Positions 1 through 12,225 are shown, counted from the first letter of the stretch. The stretch: 64,000 nucleotides of DNA from Lepidodermella squamata (GCA_047495785.1 JBLDXI010000031.1:124001-188000); one strand, 5' to 3'. A program made the numbers and translations. Notes: a model not told the origin generated them from the letters alone.

Positions 1-187
1 TGATATGTAATAATTCGATTTTTCTCGAAGAGTAATTCAAACCTATCCTTTTTGCCCAAAATGGTTTGAAGAATACAGCTTGCTACGAGAGTAGGGCAAA
101 GAACGGATGCCAAACTCGCGGTAAGATTAATTCTTCTAGGTGAGGCCTTTTCATCAACTTTTTTCATTTTAGAAATTCTTGATCGGA

Positions 188-1988
188 ACTGCGCTCAGAA
201 AATCCAATGAAGCATTGGATTTCTCCCCCTTCGCCGAACCCGATGCGATAGACCCGCTTTCCCCTTTCCCTCCGGCCATCCAGCCGAAATCTAGAATTGA
301 GCGGCATACTGGCCCCGAATTTCTGCTACCTTCGTGCCACCTCAGCCATACTGCGTGCCGCAAGCAGTTCTGCATCTGCTGTTCCGTCTCCGCCTGTTGA
401 AGCTGCTGAACAAGCTGATCAATTGAACCGGGAGAATGTCCCGATGGCGCCCGAAGATGATGATTGAGTGACGCGTAGATTTTTTACTGAATTTTCGGAC
501 GTGAAAAGGGTAGCGCGAGCTAAGTTAAATAGCATTGCTTGATACGCAGATGAAATACGTAACGCAAATTTACTCGCAGACGTTACTGAATTCAAAGATT
601 CGAAAATCCGTCCCATTATTAATAGAATATCGCGTTACGAATCACTTCGCAAAATGAACGTTACTCACATCTCGAAGTGAACGGCGCTATTGCATAGCCA
701 GTTGGTTACTTTCAATGCTTTAGTGCAAAGCAATGATGAAGCCCAAGCCTCATTAAAAGAAATGTACCAAGTGGGGAATCCCTTTTGCACATACAATGTG
801 GGTAGTCCAGATGGCAAGATTTTGGAAGTTGCTCATATCAGCTTATAGACCTGATCGAATTCAAGACTATACGGTTCCGGATTGCCGGATTGGATTAACT
901 AACTGCCTGCCTCGGAGAAAACAAATCGCCCGATTTGATCACGATTTTTAGAGTTCAGAAACAATAATATGGTATTAGCTTAATAATGACCGCCAAGAAC
1001 AAATTACACCTCTGTAATAAGTACAAGACAATGCCCCAAATAGTGGCAATATGACCCGAAAAATCACCAGATAGCAAATAATAAAAATCCACTGCGCTCA
1101 GAAAATCCAATGAAGCATTGGATTTCTCCCCCTTCGCCGAACCCGATGCGATAGACCCGCTTTCCCCTTTCCCTCCGGCCATCCAGCCGAAATCTAGAAT
1201 TGAGCGGCATACTGGCCCCGAATTTCTGCTACCTTCGTGCCACCTCAGCCATACTGCGTGCCGCAAGCAGTTCTGCATCTGCTGTTCCGTCTCCGCCTGT
1301 TGAAGCTGCTGAACAAGCTGATCAATTGAACCGGGAGAATGTCCCGATGGCGCCCGAAGATGATGATTGAGTGACGCGTAGATTTTTTACTGAATTTTCG
1401 GACGTGAAAAGGGTAGCGCGAGCTAAGTTAAATAGCATTGCTTGATACGCAGATGAAATACGTAACGCAAATTTACTCGCAGACGTTACTGAATTCAAAG
1501 ATTCGAAAATCCGTCCCATTATTAATAGAATATCGCGTTACGAATCACTTCGCAAAATGAACGTTACTCACATCTCGAAGTGAACGGCGCTATTGCATAG
1601 CCAGTTGGTTACTTTCAATGCTTTAGTGCAAAGCAATGATGAAGCCCAAGCCTCATTAAAAGAAATGTACCAAGTGGGGAATCCCTTTTGCACATACAAT
1701 GTGGGTAGTCCAGATGGCAAGATTTTGGAAGTTGCTCATATCAGCTTATAGACCTGATCGAATTCAAGACTATACGGTTCCGGATTGCCGGATTGGATTA
1801 ACTAACTGCCTGCCTCGGAGAAAACAAATCGCCCGATTTGATCACGATTTTTAGAGTTCAGAAACAATAATATGGTATTAGCTTAATAATGACCGCCAAG
1901 AACAAATTACACCTCTGTAATAAGTACAAGACAATGCCCCAAATAGTGGCAATATGACCCGAAAAATCACCAGATAGCAAATAATAAA
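188..1988. repeat. Tandem direct duplication: 898-bp units 188-1085 and 1091-1988, separated by 5 bp (aatcc)
   Basis: Both units begin actgcgctcagaaaatcc and end cagatagcaaataataaa, offset 903 bp. The ORF track shows identical translations in both. No differences seen by eye. Confidence 0.95.
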
Positions 1989-2034
1989 TATTTGCCTAAC
2001 TCTGTAATACTGTATGTTTTATCAATCAATTTAC

Positions 2035-2371
2035 CTGCCAAATCTGGCTGATCGCGTATCTCAACCGATGCGTAAAAAGCGTCCATATCGACGTGAACCA
2101 TGACTCGGCTGAGATTTCGTGACCTCTCCGCATCCTGCACGGCTTTCTCGGCCAGTAACCGAAACCGCTCTCGCTCTTGCGGCGACGTGCTCGCAAGCCG
2201 CCGCTTCATTTCTGCAACTCGGTTCGCAATATTCGCCTGTTTCTCGGCTTTCCGCTTGTCGAATGCAGATCCTTTCGTTGCCTCGGCGACTCGCCGGGCG
2301 ATCTCTTCGGGAGCTAGTGGGGCCGGAACATCGTTTTGCCCATCACAGCCAGAAGCTGCATGCTTTCCCAT
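2035..2371 (-). CDS. POLK: DNA polymerase kappa (Y-family, DinB-like), first coding exon only
   Basis: N-clasp-like EATKGSAF...AERSRNLSR followed by catalytic motif I VHVDMDAFYASVEIRDQPDL. GTAAAT donor at 2034. No later exon recognised in 1-2034. Confidence 0.9.
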
Positions 2372-2842
2372 TTAAATAATCAAAACTAACTAAGATCTAC
2401 TTCAAATAAATTAGATAGCAAAATATCATCGGGTTCGGGTTGGAAGCTAAGCCTCATGCCATGGTGATGTGATTTCAGAGAAAAACATGGCCCCTAAGAG
2501 GTGATAAAGTGTCAAAATAAAGAAGCCTGAAATAACCTTTCTGCAAGTAGCACTGCTAAAAATTATCAGCTAGCAAAGAAAATTAATTGATTTCAGACAG
2601 CTTCAACTTTTCTGGAAGCTGATGATAATACAGACAACACTAGGCCTAGGCACTGTGGTTCCACATTTCAACTTCTGCCAACTTACATAACGCTTGTTCT
2701 TGTTTATTGATTCAATTCTCAGCAGCTTTCATTCAATAAATAGATATTTAATCAGATAAAAGTATGCATCCTCATCTCATCACTCTCGATTCTCCACGCA
2801 GCCATTTCTCCGCGCTTTGACTTTAGGGCGAACCACTGGCAT

Positions 2843-3169
2843 TCAACCTTTTTGAATCTGTGTAAGCCACGATGCTCCCTTCAAATGCGTCTGGCCGCCG
2901 TATTTCTTCGGCGTAACCAGTGTTGCGCACTGATCCTTGTTTGACATGTAGCAAGTATCTTGTTGCCCTTTGCCAAAGTTGAAGGCATAACGGTAGCCTG
3001 CGCACTTCGTGTCTTGATCACAAAGAGCTACGCAGGTCGGAACGTTCGATACCTTGCGTGCCGAATAGTAGCCTTTACACTCCTCGTTTATTGCTGGCTT
3101 GAATTCAGCGACCGCTTGTGGGGTGAGAACGCTTGCCAGAAAAACAGCAACAACGATTTTGCAGAACAT
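2843..3169 (-). CDS. Small secreted Cys-rich protein, PAN/apple-like (108 aa, single exon)
   Basis: ATG at 3169 and signal peptide MFCKIVVAVFLASVLTPQAVA. Six mature-region Cys in the pattern C...CVALCDQDTKCAGY...CY...C, typical of PAN/apple folds. Confidence 0.7.
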   Translation of the reverse strand: MFCKIVVAVFLASVLTPQAVAEFKPAINEECKGYYSARKVSNVPTCVALCDQDTKCAGYRYAFNFGKGQQDTCYMSNKDQCATLVTPKKYGGQTHLKGASWLTQIQKG

Positions 3170-3819
3170 GTTCAATTCGCGAAATGAATGATGAAATTCA
3201 AGAGAAAAGTGGTAAAGAAAAATGTGTAGAATGCTTCATTCGACAAATTGCTCGCTTCCTCGCCGGGTTTTTCGCCTTTTTATTGAACCAGGTGCTGGCG
3301 GTTGGAGCGCGTCAGACGGCGAGACGGGTAGGCGAAAACCAACATGACCAACGGTCTTATGACTTCGTCATCGATCGCCTTCAATTATGAAGGGGAATAC
3401 GAAGATAATTTTATACACACCATCTTATTATTACAGGTGCCTCAAAGTCATTGACGTCTTAACGTGAAAACAACAATGAAGACGTTTGCGCTAGAAATGG
3501 TGTAAAATGGCAATTATTTTCAAAAAAGTACAGCGCTAATCACGAAGCACACTATACCGATGGAGAGCAGACTTGCTATACAGTTTTAAATCAAACTTGG
3601 AATCGATAACTTGCATTCATTTCAAGACCATGCAAAAGCCTAAATCACTCCCCGACGACTAGCCTATAGCTTTCGATTTCGCTAACTTTGAAACCTAAAG
3701 GTAATTCCGATTGGACAGTAGACAGTAGAAAATGAATGACGGGCCACGTGAAGAAAGCATTGCAATAACACAACGAGGTTTTTTCTCGATTTCGCGATCG
3801 GCATTGACCGTTCTATTAA

Positions 3820-4221
3820 CCCTTAGCCGCCGGCGCAATGACGTGTTAACTCGAGCACCTTTCAGAAAATCCCAGAAAATCAAGAAGAGGCTAAAATCAA
3901 ATTCTGAGTCGGCAGAAAGTCTTACATTTAGCCTTAGATTGAAAGCCGAACCTCTTTGTCAGAAGAAATTTACCTGGGTTGCCGTTGCTATGACGTGTTA
4001 ACGCGTTTTCATGACGTGTTAACAAGTCATTTAAAAATTTTCTCACTATTTTCGACCTGATCAGAATGGCTTTGAAAATTTGGATTTTCGGGGAGTGCTT
4101 GTTACTTGCTATTGATTTATCATAATTTATGACGCAACAATGGGTTCGATAGCCCACATCCTCCGACCACGGTGAATTTTCTCCGGAATTAACGCGTGTA
4201 CACGTCTTCGGCGGCTAAGGG
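3820..4221. mobile_element. piggyBac-type MITE (402 bp)
   Basis: TTAA at 3816-3819 and 4222-4225. 13-bp terminal inverted repeat cccttagccgccg / cggcggctaaggg. No transposase. Confidence 0.85.
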
Positions 4222-4515
4222 TTAAAATCTATAAGTCGGCATCTTCTTATATCCAATCCTGGTCATTTCGACCCACTTTCATCAATAACATTTTCAACTG
4301 TCAGAGGCCATCAGCATCACCAGTGCGTCTTTAATCGCTGCATCAGTAATTAAAATCAAAATGCACGCACCCAAATTAAAATCTAGAGAATGCAAAAAAC
4401 GAACAATTAAAATTAAAAAATACTCAAACCTCAAACAATTATTTTCCTTTTTTTATTCATTTTTCCGATAAATACAAAAGGAGACAAATAGCGAATAGCG
4501 AATGAAAATTGCTGA

Positions 4516-4973
4516 TCAAGAAATTGAAAGAACGGGCAATTTCAGCGTGGCCTGGATCTGCGTCAGATCGCCGCCAGTCGCCGCCACAAAGCCTGAACCG
4601 CCGCGTTTCAGCGAGATGATGCCCTCCAACGGCTTATTCGCAACCGGATCCATGACGACCTCACCCGATTTCTCGTCAAATTTCAACACTTTATCAGCCG
4701 CTGATTGCAGGACAACAGCCCCGGACGGCCGTAAAACAGCTAATTGCTGCGAATTCGTCAGCACATCGCCGGTTATGGCGCATACGTAGTCGCCACTTTC
4801 AAGGGAGAGAAATGACGAGGTAGAAGCCGCCGCGTTTTCTTCTTTGCGGGCTCGCTTGAAGTGAACGGGTAGCAAGTCTTTGAGTTTGAGCGGTTTGTGT
4901 GACATTGGGCATTTTACGACTTCTTCGGGCTTTGGTGGCATTGTGTCCTCCGCCAACGATTCGGCAGAGTCAC
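4516..4973 (-). CDS. NOSIP: Nitric oxide synthase-interacting protein, terminal exon
   Basis: Motifs KCPMSHKPLKLKDLLPVHF, YVCAITGDVLTNSQQLAVLRPSGAVV, MDPV and LKRGGSGF match the NOSIP C-terminus. Acceptor tttcag immediately upstream of 4973. Confidence 0.88.
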
Positions 4974-5274
4974 CTGAAATTAATCAATTAAATATTAAAT
5001 AAAATCCCTTTTATATTTGATTATTTATAAATTATCCAAAAGCTTATATTTGTATATTCAAAATTAAGATTTCAGAGTTCCAATTTGACCAATAACAGCT
5101 TATAATTCTGATCCAGAACATTTCTTTCAAATTTCAAGTATCGACGCTTCCAAGCAGATGAGTCGATTCTTGCGATGTCGCGAATGAATTTCAATGTGAT
5201 GTCCATCCATTTCCAAGATGGTTCATGTCTCAGCCGCTCTGAAGAGCGAATCAAATTCGAATTATCGGCTTATC

Positions 5275-5385
5275 GAGCTATCCTACTGGAAGTCAGTGAG
5301 CCCGAAGTACCCGACCCTGTCCAAGGGCATTGTCGCAGTGTCATCGGTATCTGAGAGAAGATTCAGTCAAGCAAGATTTGTGAGC
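5275..5385 (+). mobile_element. hAT transposase C-terminal dimerisation-domain remnant
   Basis: LSYWKSVSPKYPTLSK...SSVSERRFSQA resembles the hATC consensus (WW...YP.L....SER.FS). Confidence 0.6.
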
Positions 5386-5595
5386 ACAGAGGAGAACCCT
5401 CAAAATGCTGAGGATCTCCAAGCCAATGGCCAAGTAAACAATAGGTTTACCCAAAGTGTAAACCCAACCCGTCCTGCCTCAGGAACCGTTCTGAACATAG
5501 CATGGCAGCTCCAAACGCTTTTTTACTAAAGACTATCAAATCAGCTCCTGATTACAACGGGGTTTTTTCGAGTAATTTATCGGCGTTGAAGAGCC

Positions 5596-5718
5596 ACTTT
5601 TCGCCGAAGAAGCTACTTGTGACTTTGAAACGGGTTTAATAGCGACGCTGAAGAAACAAGTCGGTCGAGATGGCAAGTATTTGAGAATCGACGGCTGTCA
5701 TTTTCATTTCACTCAGGC
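5596..5718 (+). mobile_element. MULE (Mutator) transposase remnant, truncated by the P element
   Basis: Translation CDFETGLIATLKKQ...IDGCHFHFTQA carries the MULE DFE and CxFH motifs and ends exactly at the P-element left TIR. Confidence 0.7.
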
Positions 5719-8700
5719 CATAGACAATGATGTAACAGATCGGACACTCACGCACTTGCCTGTTTACGCTAAACCATAAATTTGCACACTAATTTAAATG
5801 CATTGATTTAAAAGGTGAAAATAGTCGTAGGCCTCGGAATTTTTTGAAACTTGGACCTAAAAATTCCTCATCTTTCAAGGATGCTAGTGATGCAAACTTC
5901 GAGGTGCGGTTCCTTCCCTATGATTTTTAAATTAGGAAAAAAGATTGTAGCGATTTTTGTCAGTTGTTAAGTCTATTTTCAAGTTTTTTTTAGCGCCACT
6001 CAAAATTTGATTGTTACGAAAAACGAACATCTGTGGCACACTCCATTTTTATTGCAATTTTTCAGCTTTAATTTAAGTCGATCGAAAAATAGTAGATAGA
6101 TATCAAAATAGAAAAAAATTGAAGCGTTTTTCATTTTTCATTCACATGTTTTGGTTTTGAGCCGCTTTACGGCTTTTCGTCGGTTGCTTCATAGCCACCT
6201 GCCGCATTTTGAGCTCATGGCGAAGGAAAGTTCCAGCCGCAACAGCGACAATCGATTTGAAGAGTTGATGAGAGTGTGGCGCAGCACCGGCGTCGAATTC
6301 TTGGCATAGGCCGTCAAGAAGCACCGGCCTGGCACAAGCCGCGTAAAAAAGCGTTCTTTGCACGGCAACGATGGGTAGTGAAGTCCTTAGGTAATAGTCC
6401 AGATTTTCACGTATGATCGACCGGACGGATTTCACGATTCGATATACCGTCAATGACGGGCGAGTGAGACTGAAATCGTACAACTTTTAGATAACGAATT
6501 CCAAGCAAAATGTTTATTACCATAATTTTCCGTCTTGTTTTCGAAAACTGAAGCCCTTTATCACACGGCATGGAGTCAGAAGGAAATCGCGTGTCAGGGA
6601 ATCGATACAGCCGGGGCATTTCAGCTTGTCAGTTAGAAGTTTTTTGACGCAAAATCCACCAATGTTGGCAATAATTTCTTCCCCAATTAGGGGGAGCGTT
6701 GCTTCGTACTCCATTCCTCTTTGCAGTAACTCGTCTTCAGCTTCAATTTCGTCCCATTCAGTTAAATCATGAAGCTCAGCAACCTAGAATAAAATAAAGT
6801 TGTTAAGAACAAATCTCCATATAATTCAAGTCTCAATTATCGAGGCAAAATCAACCTTGGTCTGAATAAAAAAATATCGAAAAATTCAAAAAATTATGGA
6901 AAAATCAATTTTTAAATTTTAAATTGAATTAAATCAATTTTCGAATTATTTTCCAATAAATGAGATTTTGTTTCATAGATTTATAATAAAACCTACAACA
7001 AAATTTCTTTCACAATTTTGCAGCCTATACTAAATATTTTTATCGGTTTCAATATTTTGGAAAAAAATAAAAATGAGCACAATTTAAGGAGGATCATCAC
7101 TCACTTTTTGGCTGCTATCGTCGCCATCATACAGCGGTTTTTTGATGTGATCGAAAATCGTCACTTGGTTGAAACGCATGGTTTTTTCGACGTTTCCCTT
7201 TGCCAATACATATCTCTGGATCATATAGCCCCGGATAGCAGCAATCAACTGCTCTGGGGTCGGATTCATCGCAAAACCATTGAATTGTCGAGCAAACGAG
7301 AACAACAACTCTAGGCTGTCCTGTAGAAAATAGTAAGTCGCGACGAATGCAACGTCACAGCTGAATAAGAGGTATTCAACAACAGCAACAGTCGTTCTTA
7401 TCGCTTGGACCATTCCACGCACGCCAGATTTCAATGTGCTTTCAATAGCCTTGTTGCCAACAGTGTCGGTGAAACTCAGTAAAACATCGATGCCATCTTC
7501 GAGGTGAGATTTCCAGGTCGGGAAGGTTTCCTTGCGAACTGGGCGCCGATTGGGTTCGACATCGGAAAGATTGCGCTGGTTGAGGCAGTCCCACACTGTG
7601 TTAATAATTCGGCACAATTTCTCCGTGCCTTCGCTATTTCCGAAATTCGTCTGATATTGAGGGATGCTACGCAGTACAGCAAGGGCATTGGCGACGCTGC
7701 CGCTGAAAATTTGTACAGCGAGTGTCACCTTCATCGGCCACTTTGCCCAAGCCAAGTGAGAACTGGTCAATTTGGTGCGAAGGTGGAGGCCAACTGCATC
7801 TTGGAGATGAACCAGTTCAACGACGTGGAGCCAATAGGCTTTGTAAATCTGGCCACGGTAGGTAAAAACTAGAATTCCCCATTTGGCAAAGAGAGCGCGA
7901 ATTAGTTTTAAGCAATGAGTTGCGTCTTGGCTCCAGTACCAACTCGACTCATGCGCAGCTGGAAACGGCGAGAAAATTTCGGTCGGAATTTCTTCAAAAC
8001 CTTCCATGGTCTTTACATTCGCCCGGTGGCCATCGGCAGTAGTTACAATAGCGTGCAACCCTCGCGTTACAAACTCCTGTCGAATTTCCTTCAGAACTGC
8101 TGACTGAATTGTTTCGCAAGTCGATTCTAACAACAAGAGGCAAACCGGGTAGCACACGCCACCTGACAGTGAAACAGCTAAAAAAACTACTGCTTCGTGC
8201 GGAGGTTTGCCGAGCTGACTTTCAACATCGGGCAGGGTGTTGAATGATCCCGCGTCAACCAAACCGTGAACTGTTTCATCACCGAAATGGAAGTACTCGC
8301 CCCTTTTGATTACCATAGCGTCCATTTGGATCACGTAGTGACGCTTTGATGGCGATTTAAAACGAATCGTTTCAAGGAGAGACAAAGCCAATTGATTAAG
8401 CCCAGGCTTAACAACAACTTGAGCCAGCCATCGACGAACTGTTCGCTCAGACGGCATGCATTTTCCGAAATATACACGAAGTTTCATTCGAGCAGAGGGC
8501 TGCAAACCTATAAAAATAATTTAAACATTTACCGGAAAAATTAAAAAATTCGAATTAAAAAATGTACAAATTAAAAATAAAAAAATAAAAAAATGATTTC
8601 AAATAACATATTTTTCCGAATTTTCCGAAGTGAAAAAATTCAGATCGGTAAAAAGTATAATAATAAAAATTAATCAACGTATATTTAAAAACTATATGAA

Positions 8701-10000
8701 TAATTAGGGAGATTTTTGATCATTTCTATAATTTTATTGAAGCTTCAATTTGTTAAAATATGATTCGTAAATTCGATACATGAAGTATAGTTGTTTATTA
8801 GTTATAATAAAAAATAGCCAAAAAAATCAAAGATTTCTTTGAACCTGTTGCCATTTCCTTGAATAAATTTGAGTATCGTCGTCCTTTGAGCGGCTTTGAT
8901 GCAATTGTTTCCATCTCGTCAACTAGTTGCTTTCCAACCTCGCCCAGGGAATTTCGCTTTTGGTGTATTTTGTTCAATTGATTTTCAAGCGACTTCATTT
9001 TTCGCTTCATTCTGCTGCAATTTGTCTTCGCTATACTGAGTCTTGCTTTCAGTTGTTCTCGGGTGAATTGGGTTCGACCAGGCCGCCGGGCCGGCAATTC
9101 TTTCACGGCGACGGCTGCAGAGGTCGATGCAACGTTTTCCTGGGACTGGAGAGGTAAGCCGTTAGAACCACCGAAACTGTCTTGTCCGGAAGAATTTTCT
9201 GCATCTATTTGTCCACCCGAACCCGGGCCTTTTGATTCGTTAATTTTGTAAATCCCGAATTCGAGTTCATTATTGTTAAATTGGTGAAGCTTTCCACCTG
9301 AAGGCTTGCGCCTTTTCTTGAGTTCCCGAACGCGGCTGGCTCGCGAAACAAGCGCGAGTCGAAGCGAAATTTCATCTTCGTCCTCGGCCAAATTGAACTC
9401 CTTCTTCATCAGCTCTCTTTGGACTTTGTGGGTGGCCTGTCTTCAAGAAATTAACCATGAGAATCGAACTTTAACAACCCGCATATTAAGAAATGCCGCA
9501 TGCCCGCATGCTATATTAAGAAATATTAAGAATGTTAAGAAATTAAGAAATCAGCAAAATTAAGAATTAACTGAAAACTAAACATGTTAGGTTTGCATTT
9601 AAAATGAAACTCAATAAAAATGGGTAGGAAATAGATTTCAAGAAATCCTCCTTAAAAATTTCCTCTGAAGTGCTGACTTTAATGACACATGCACACAACA
9701 ACTTTACATTTTTCGAATGCTTATTTTTATCGAGTGAGCATGGCACGCGATGACGCAACACAACAATACAGAGTGTGAGTAATCGATTTTTCGATATTGA
9801 TTTTCTCGGCAACGAAATCGAACCGCACTACGGGACTTGGATCATTATTACCGTAAAAAAATGCCCGATTTTTCGATATTTTTTTCAAGAATTTAGGAGA
9901 ACAACGACTTTTCGGCCGGATTTATAATGGCCGATCCACGCATAATTAGTGTTTCAATGCGAAGTGCGTGAGTGTCCGATCTGTACCATCATTGTCTATG
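5719..10000 (-). mobile_element. P-superfamily DNA transposon (4282 bp)
   Basis: About 39-bp TIRs: catagacaatgatgtaacagatcggacactcacgcactt at 5719 and its inverse ending at 10000, with 2 mismatches. Contains a P-type transposase. The 8-bp flanks differ (actcaggc vs tctgaacc). Confidence 0.92.
6142..9440 (-). CDS. P-element/THAP9-like transposase, spliced (exons about 9440-8845, 8507-7105, 6783-6521, 6469-6142; start uncertain)
   Basis: GRRYS and PSERTVRRW; catalytic motifs QMDAMVIK, TADG, QDATHCLKLIR and QDSLELLFS; MKVTLAVQIFS; C-terminal CPGC and HSH. GT-AG junctions are phase-compatible. Confidence 0.88.
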
Positions 10001-11485
10001 TCTGAACCACTTGTCCATGTAAGATCCAGAACATCCAATTAGCTGGACCAGTTCCCTTCTTCGAGCTGTAGTCGGATTTATGTTTACTGAAAATTCCTGG
10101 CAAGAAGAGTCTTCTCTATAAAATTATAAAAGCCTTGAAAATCCCACCTTCTCAAGGATCTCGCGATGATCTTCAGTCAGTTTGAAGAATGTCCGTCGGG
10201 TTGAAGGATAATTAAGATAACGATGATAACTGAACCAGGAACGGATCTTTGCCTCTGTTAACCCAGTCAAATCCATAAGTCTTTTAACTTCTGCGTGTTT
10301 CAGTAAATTCGTATTGCGAGCGAGTGATGCCTTCAACACTTCCCGTTGAGTGGGTGATATCTTCACAAAGTGTTTCGTCATTTCAAGTCGATAGCGATGT
10401 CCGTTGAACCATCGCTGAACTTTCTTGTCCTCACAACCGATTTCGCAAGCAAGCCTCTCAAATTCATCAATCGTCGGCCGGCCATTTCGATTGAAAGCCT
10501 CGACCAGTAATTCGTATTGACGCCCTGTGAATCGTCTACATTTCTTTTGTTCGCGTTTAAACCACGATTTGACCCGTTCAGGAGTTAGCTTCACTTCTTC
10601 AGATAGTTTTAAAAGTCGGTTCGCATGAAGTCGACTTCGTTTTGCCCGCTCCTTTTGGAGTATTTCCATCTGCCACTTCTCAAAAGGTCGGTTACCATAT
10701 GAAGCATCAAATTGGGACGCATTCAGTTCCCTTATCTATGGAATACAAAAGGAAGATGGGCATAGTCCAATACATACATATATACATGTTCAGGAACTTG
10801 GAAAATACTTTGGGACATTTCATAATACTAACCTTTTCTTTGTCAGCGTGATAGCCTTCTCTTAGTTTAATACCCTCGGCGTCACGCTTTCGCTTAAACC
10901 AACTAACAATGAATGACCTTGGACAGCCGATCGATTCAGCAAGCTGCGACTTCCGCTCAAAACTCGGGGAGATATTAACCTCGAACTCCTGGGAATCGAG
11001 CATGAAAATCAATATCACATTCAATGAAATAGTACCTTATTAAGGAGTGCGATATGTTCCCCAGAATATTTAAACTGAAATTTATCTGGGGGCACATCTG
11101 GTGGTCTATCTTTTCTACGGTGATAGCGCATCCAGGATTGAACTCGTGATATTGGGATTCCAACTTCTCGCGATAATCGATTAATCTCGTCAGATTTTGG
11201 GCGGGCATTTCTCAGGTAAGAGTCGTGCAATATTTTGTATTGCGCTGTTGACAGGATTTTCTGTGGCTTCAATTTGACTTCATCAGCATCAGCATTACTG
11301 CGGTCTTCCATCCAAGTTAGGACGCGGCTTGGCTTCTCGCCGATTCTTTTCGCAGCTATTTCAGCAACTGGCCGTATCGGAAGCTTTTTCCGTGAGCCTT
11401 CACACCTAGACTTCTGCCATTTCTTCAAGTAATCGCACAAGATTTCGACCTGATAGGGCTGGAAACCTCTTCGAATTATCTTCAT
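9989..11485 (-). CDS. Seven-homeodomain protein, copy 1 (4 coding exons; 3' end replaced by the P-element TIR)
   Basis: Seven helix-3 motifs: VLTWMEDR, VQSWMRYHRRK, IVSWFKRKR, VKSWFKRE, VQRWFNGHRYR, IRSWFSYHRY, MDKWFRHRQ*. Intron positions shared with copy 2. Confidence 0.85.
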
Positions 11486-11626
11486 TAATATGATTAAACC
11501 TGTTTTGAAAAGAATTGCATTGAGTAAGCTGGAAACGGGGAGGCAGAAGGGATGGGGCGTTCGTGCTTTGTTTTCCATTTAGAATAAAATTTCCAAAGTT
11601 TCCAATTCTAAATACCATAGACTACT

Positions 11627-12035
11627 CATAGAGAAAAAATGAACAGAGTAAGCACTCAAGCTAAAATTTTGATCTGCATTATTATAGAATTGCGTTCTCA
11701 AAACGGATATCTCCGTTTCTCACCATATTTTGCATGCCAATAGAACGCGAGCTGCTCTTTCACGTGGTATAAGATTTGAGGTGGGCAATTGCTGCTCAGT
11801 CTTGATCTCATCAAAATTAATGAAACGATAGTGAAAACGAGGTTTTTGTATCGTAACAACGGTTGGGTTGCCCACCTCAAATCTTATACCACGTGAAAGA
11901 GCAGCTCGCGTTCTATTGGCATGCAAAATATGGTGAGAAACGGAGATATCCGTTTTGAGAAAGTCAACTTTGAATAAAAATGAAGATTTAGAAATTTTAG
12001 CTTGAGTGCTTTCTCTGGTCATTTTTTTCTCTATG
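11627..12035. mobile_element. P-superfamily-like foldback MITE (409 bp) with 8-bp TSD
   Basis: Termini catagaga...tctctatg. TSD agactact at 11619-11626 and 12036-12043. Internal inverted repeat of about 93 bp that appears perfect (about 11697-11789 vs 11868-11960). Confidence 0.9.
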
Positions 12036-12153
12036 AGACTACTATTCAGGTTGAGAAACATTTTATTGCATGCGACTGAACTAACAAATAAATAACGCGA
12101 GAAAATATTTAAATATTTCAGTAGATGTTATACCGCGATCGGAACAAGTTTGA

Positions 12154-12225
12154 AGTGCGCGATTGACGTGCAAGAACTGTGCGCACGAAACATGAATGTC
12201 AGGCGGTTTTTTAGTGGCAACAATG
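12154..12225. promoter_or_regulatory. Conserved non-coding block upstream of both homeobox paralogs (second copy 16818-16882)
   Basis: agtgcgcgat.gacgtgcaa..actgtgcgcacgaaaca and gttttttagt.gcaaca are conserved while flanking DNA has diverged. Confidence 0.5.

Noticed and set aside
6470-6520. In-frame stops suggesting a dead transposase
   Set aside because: A 51-bp GT-AG intron (6520-6470) removes them and preserves the frame (GKLC-LTRPS).
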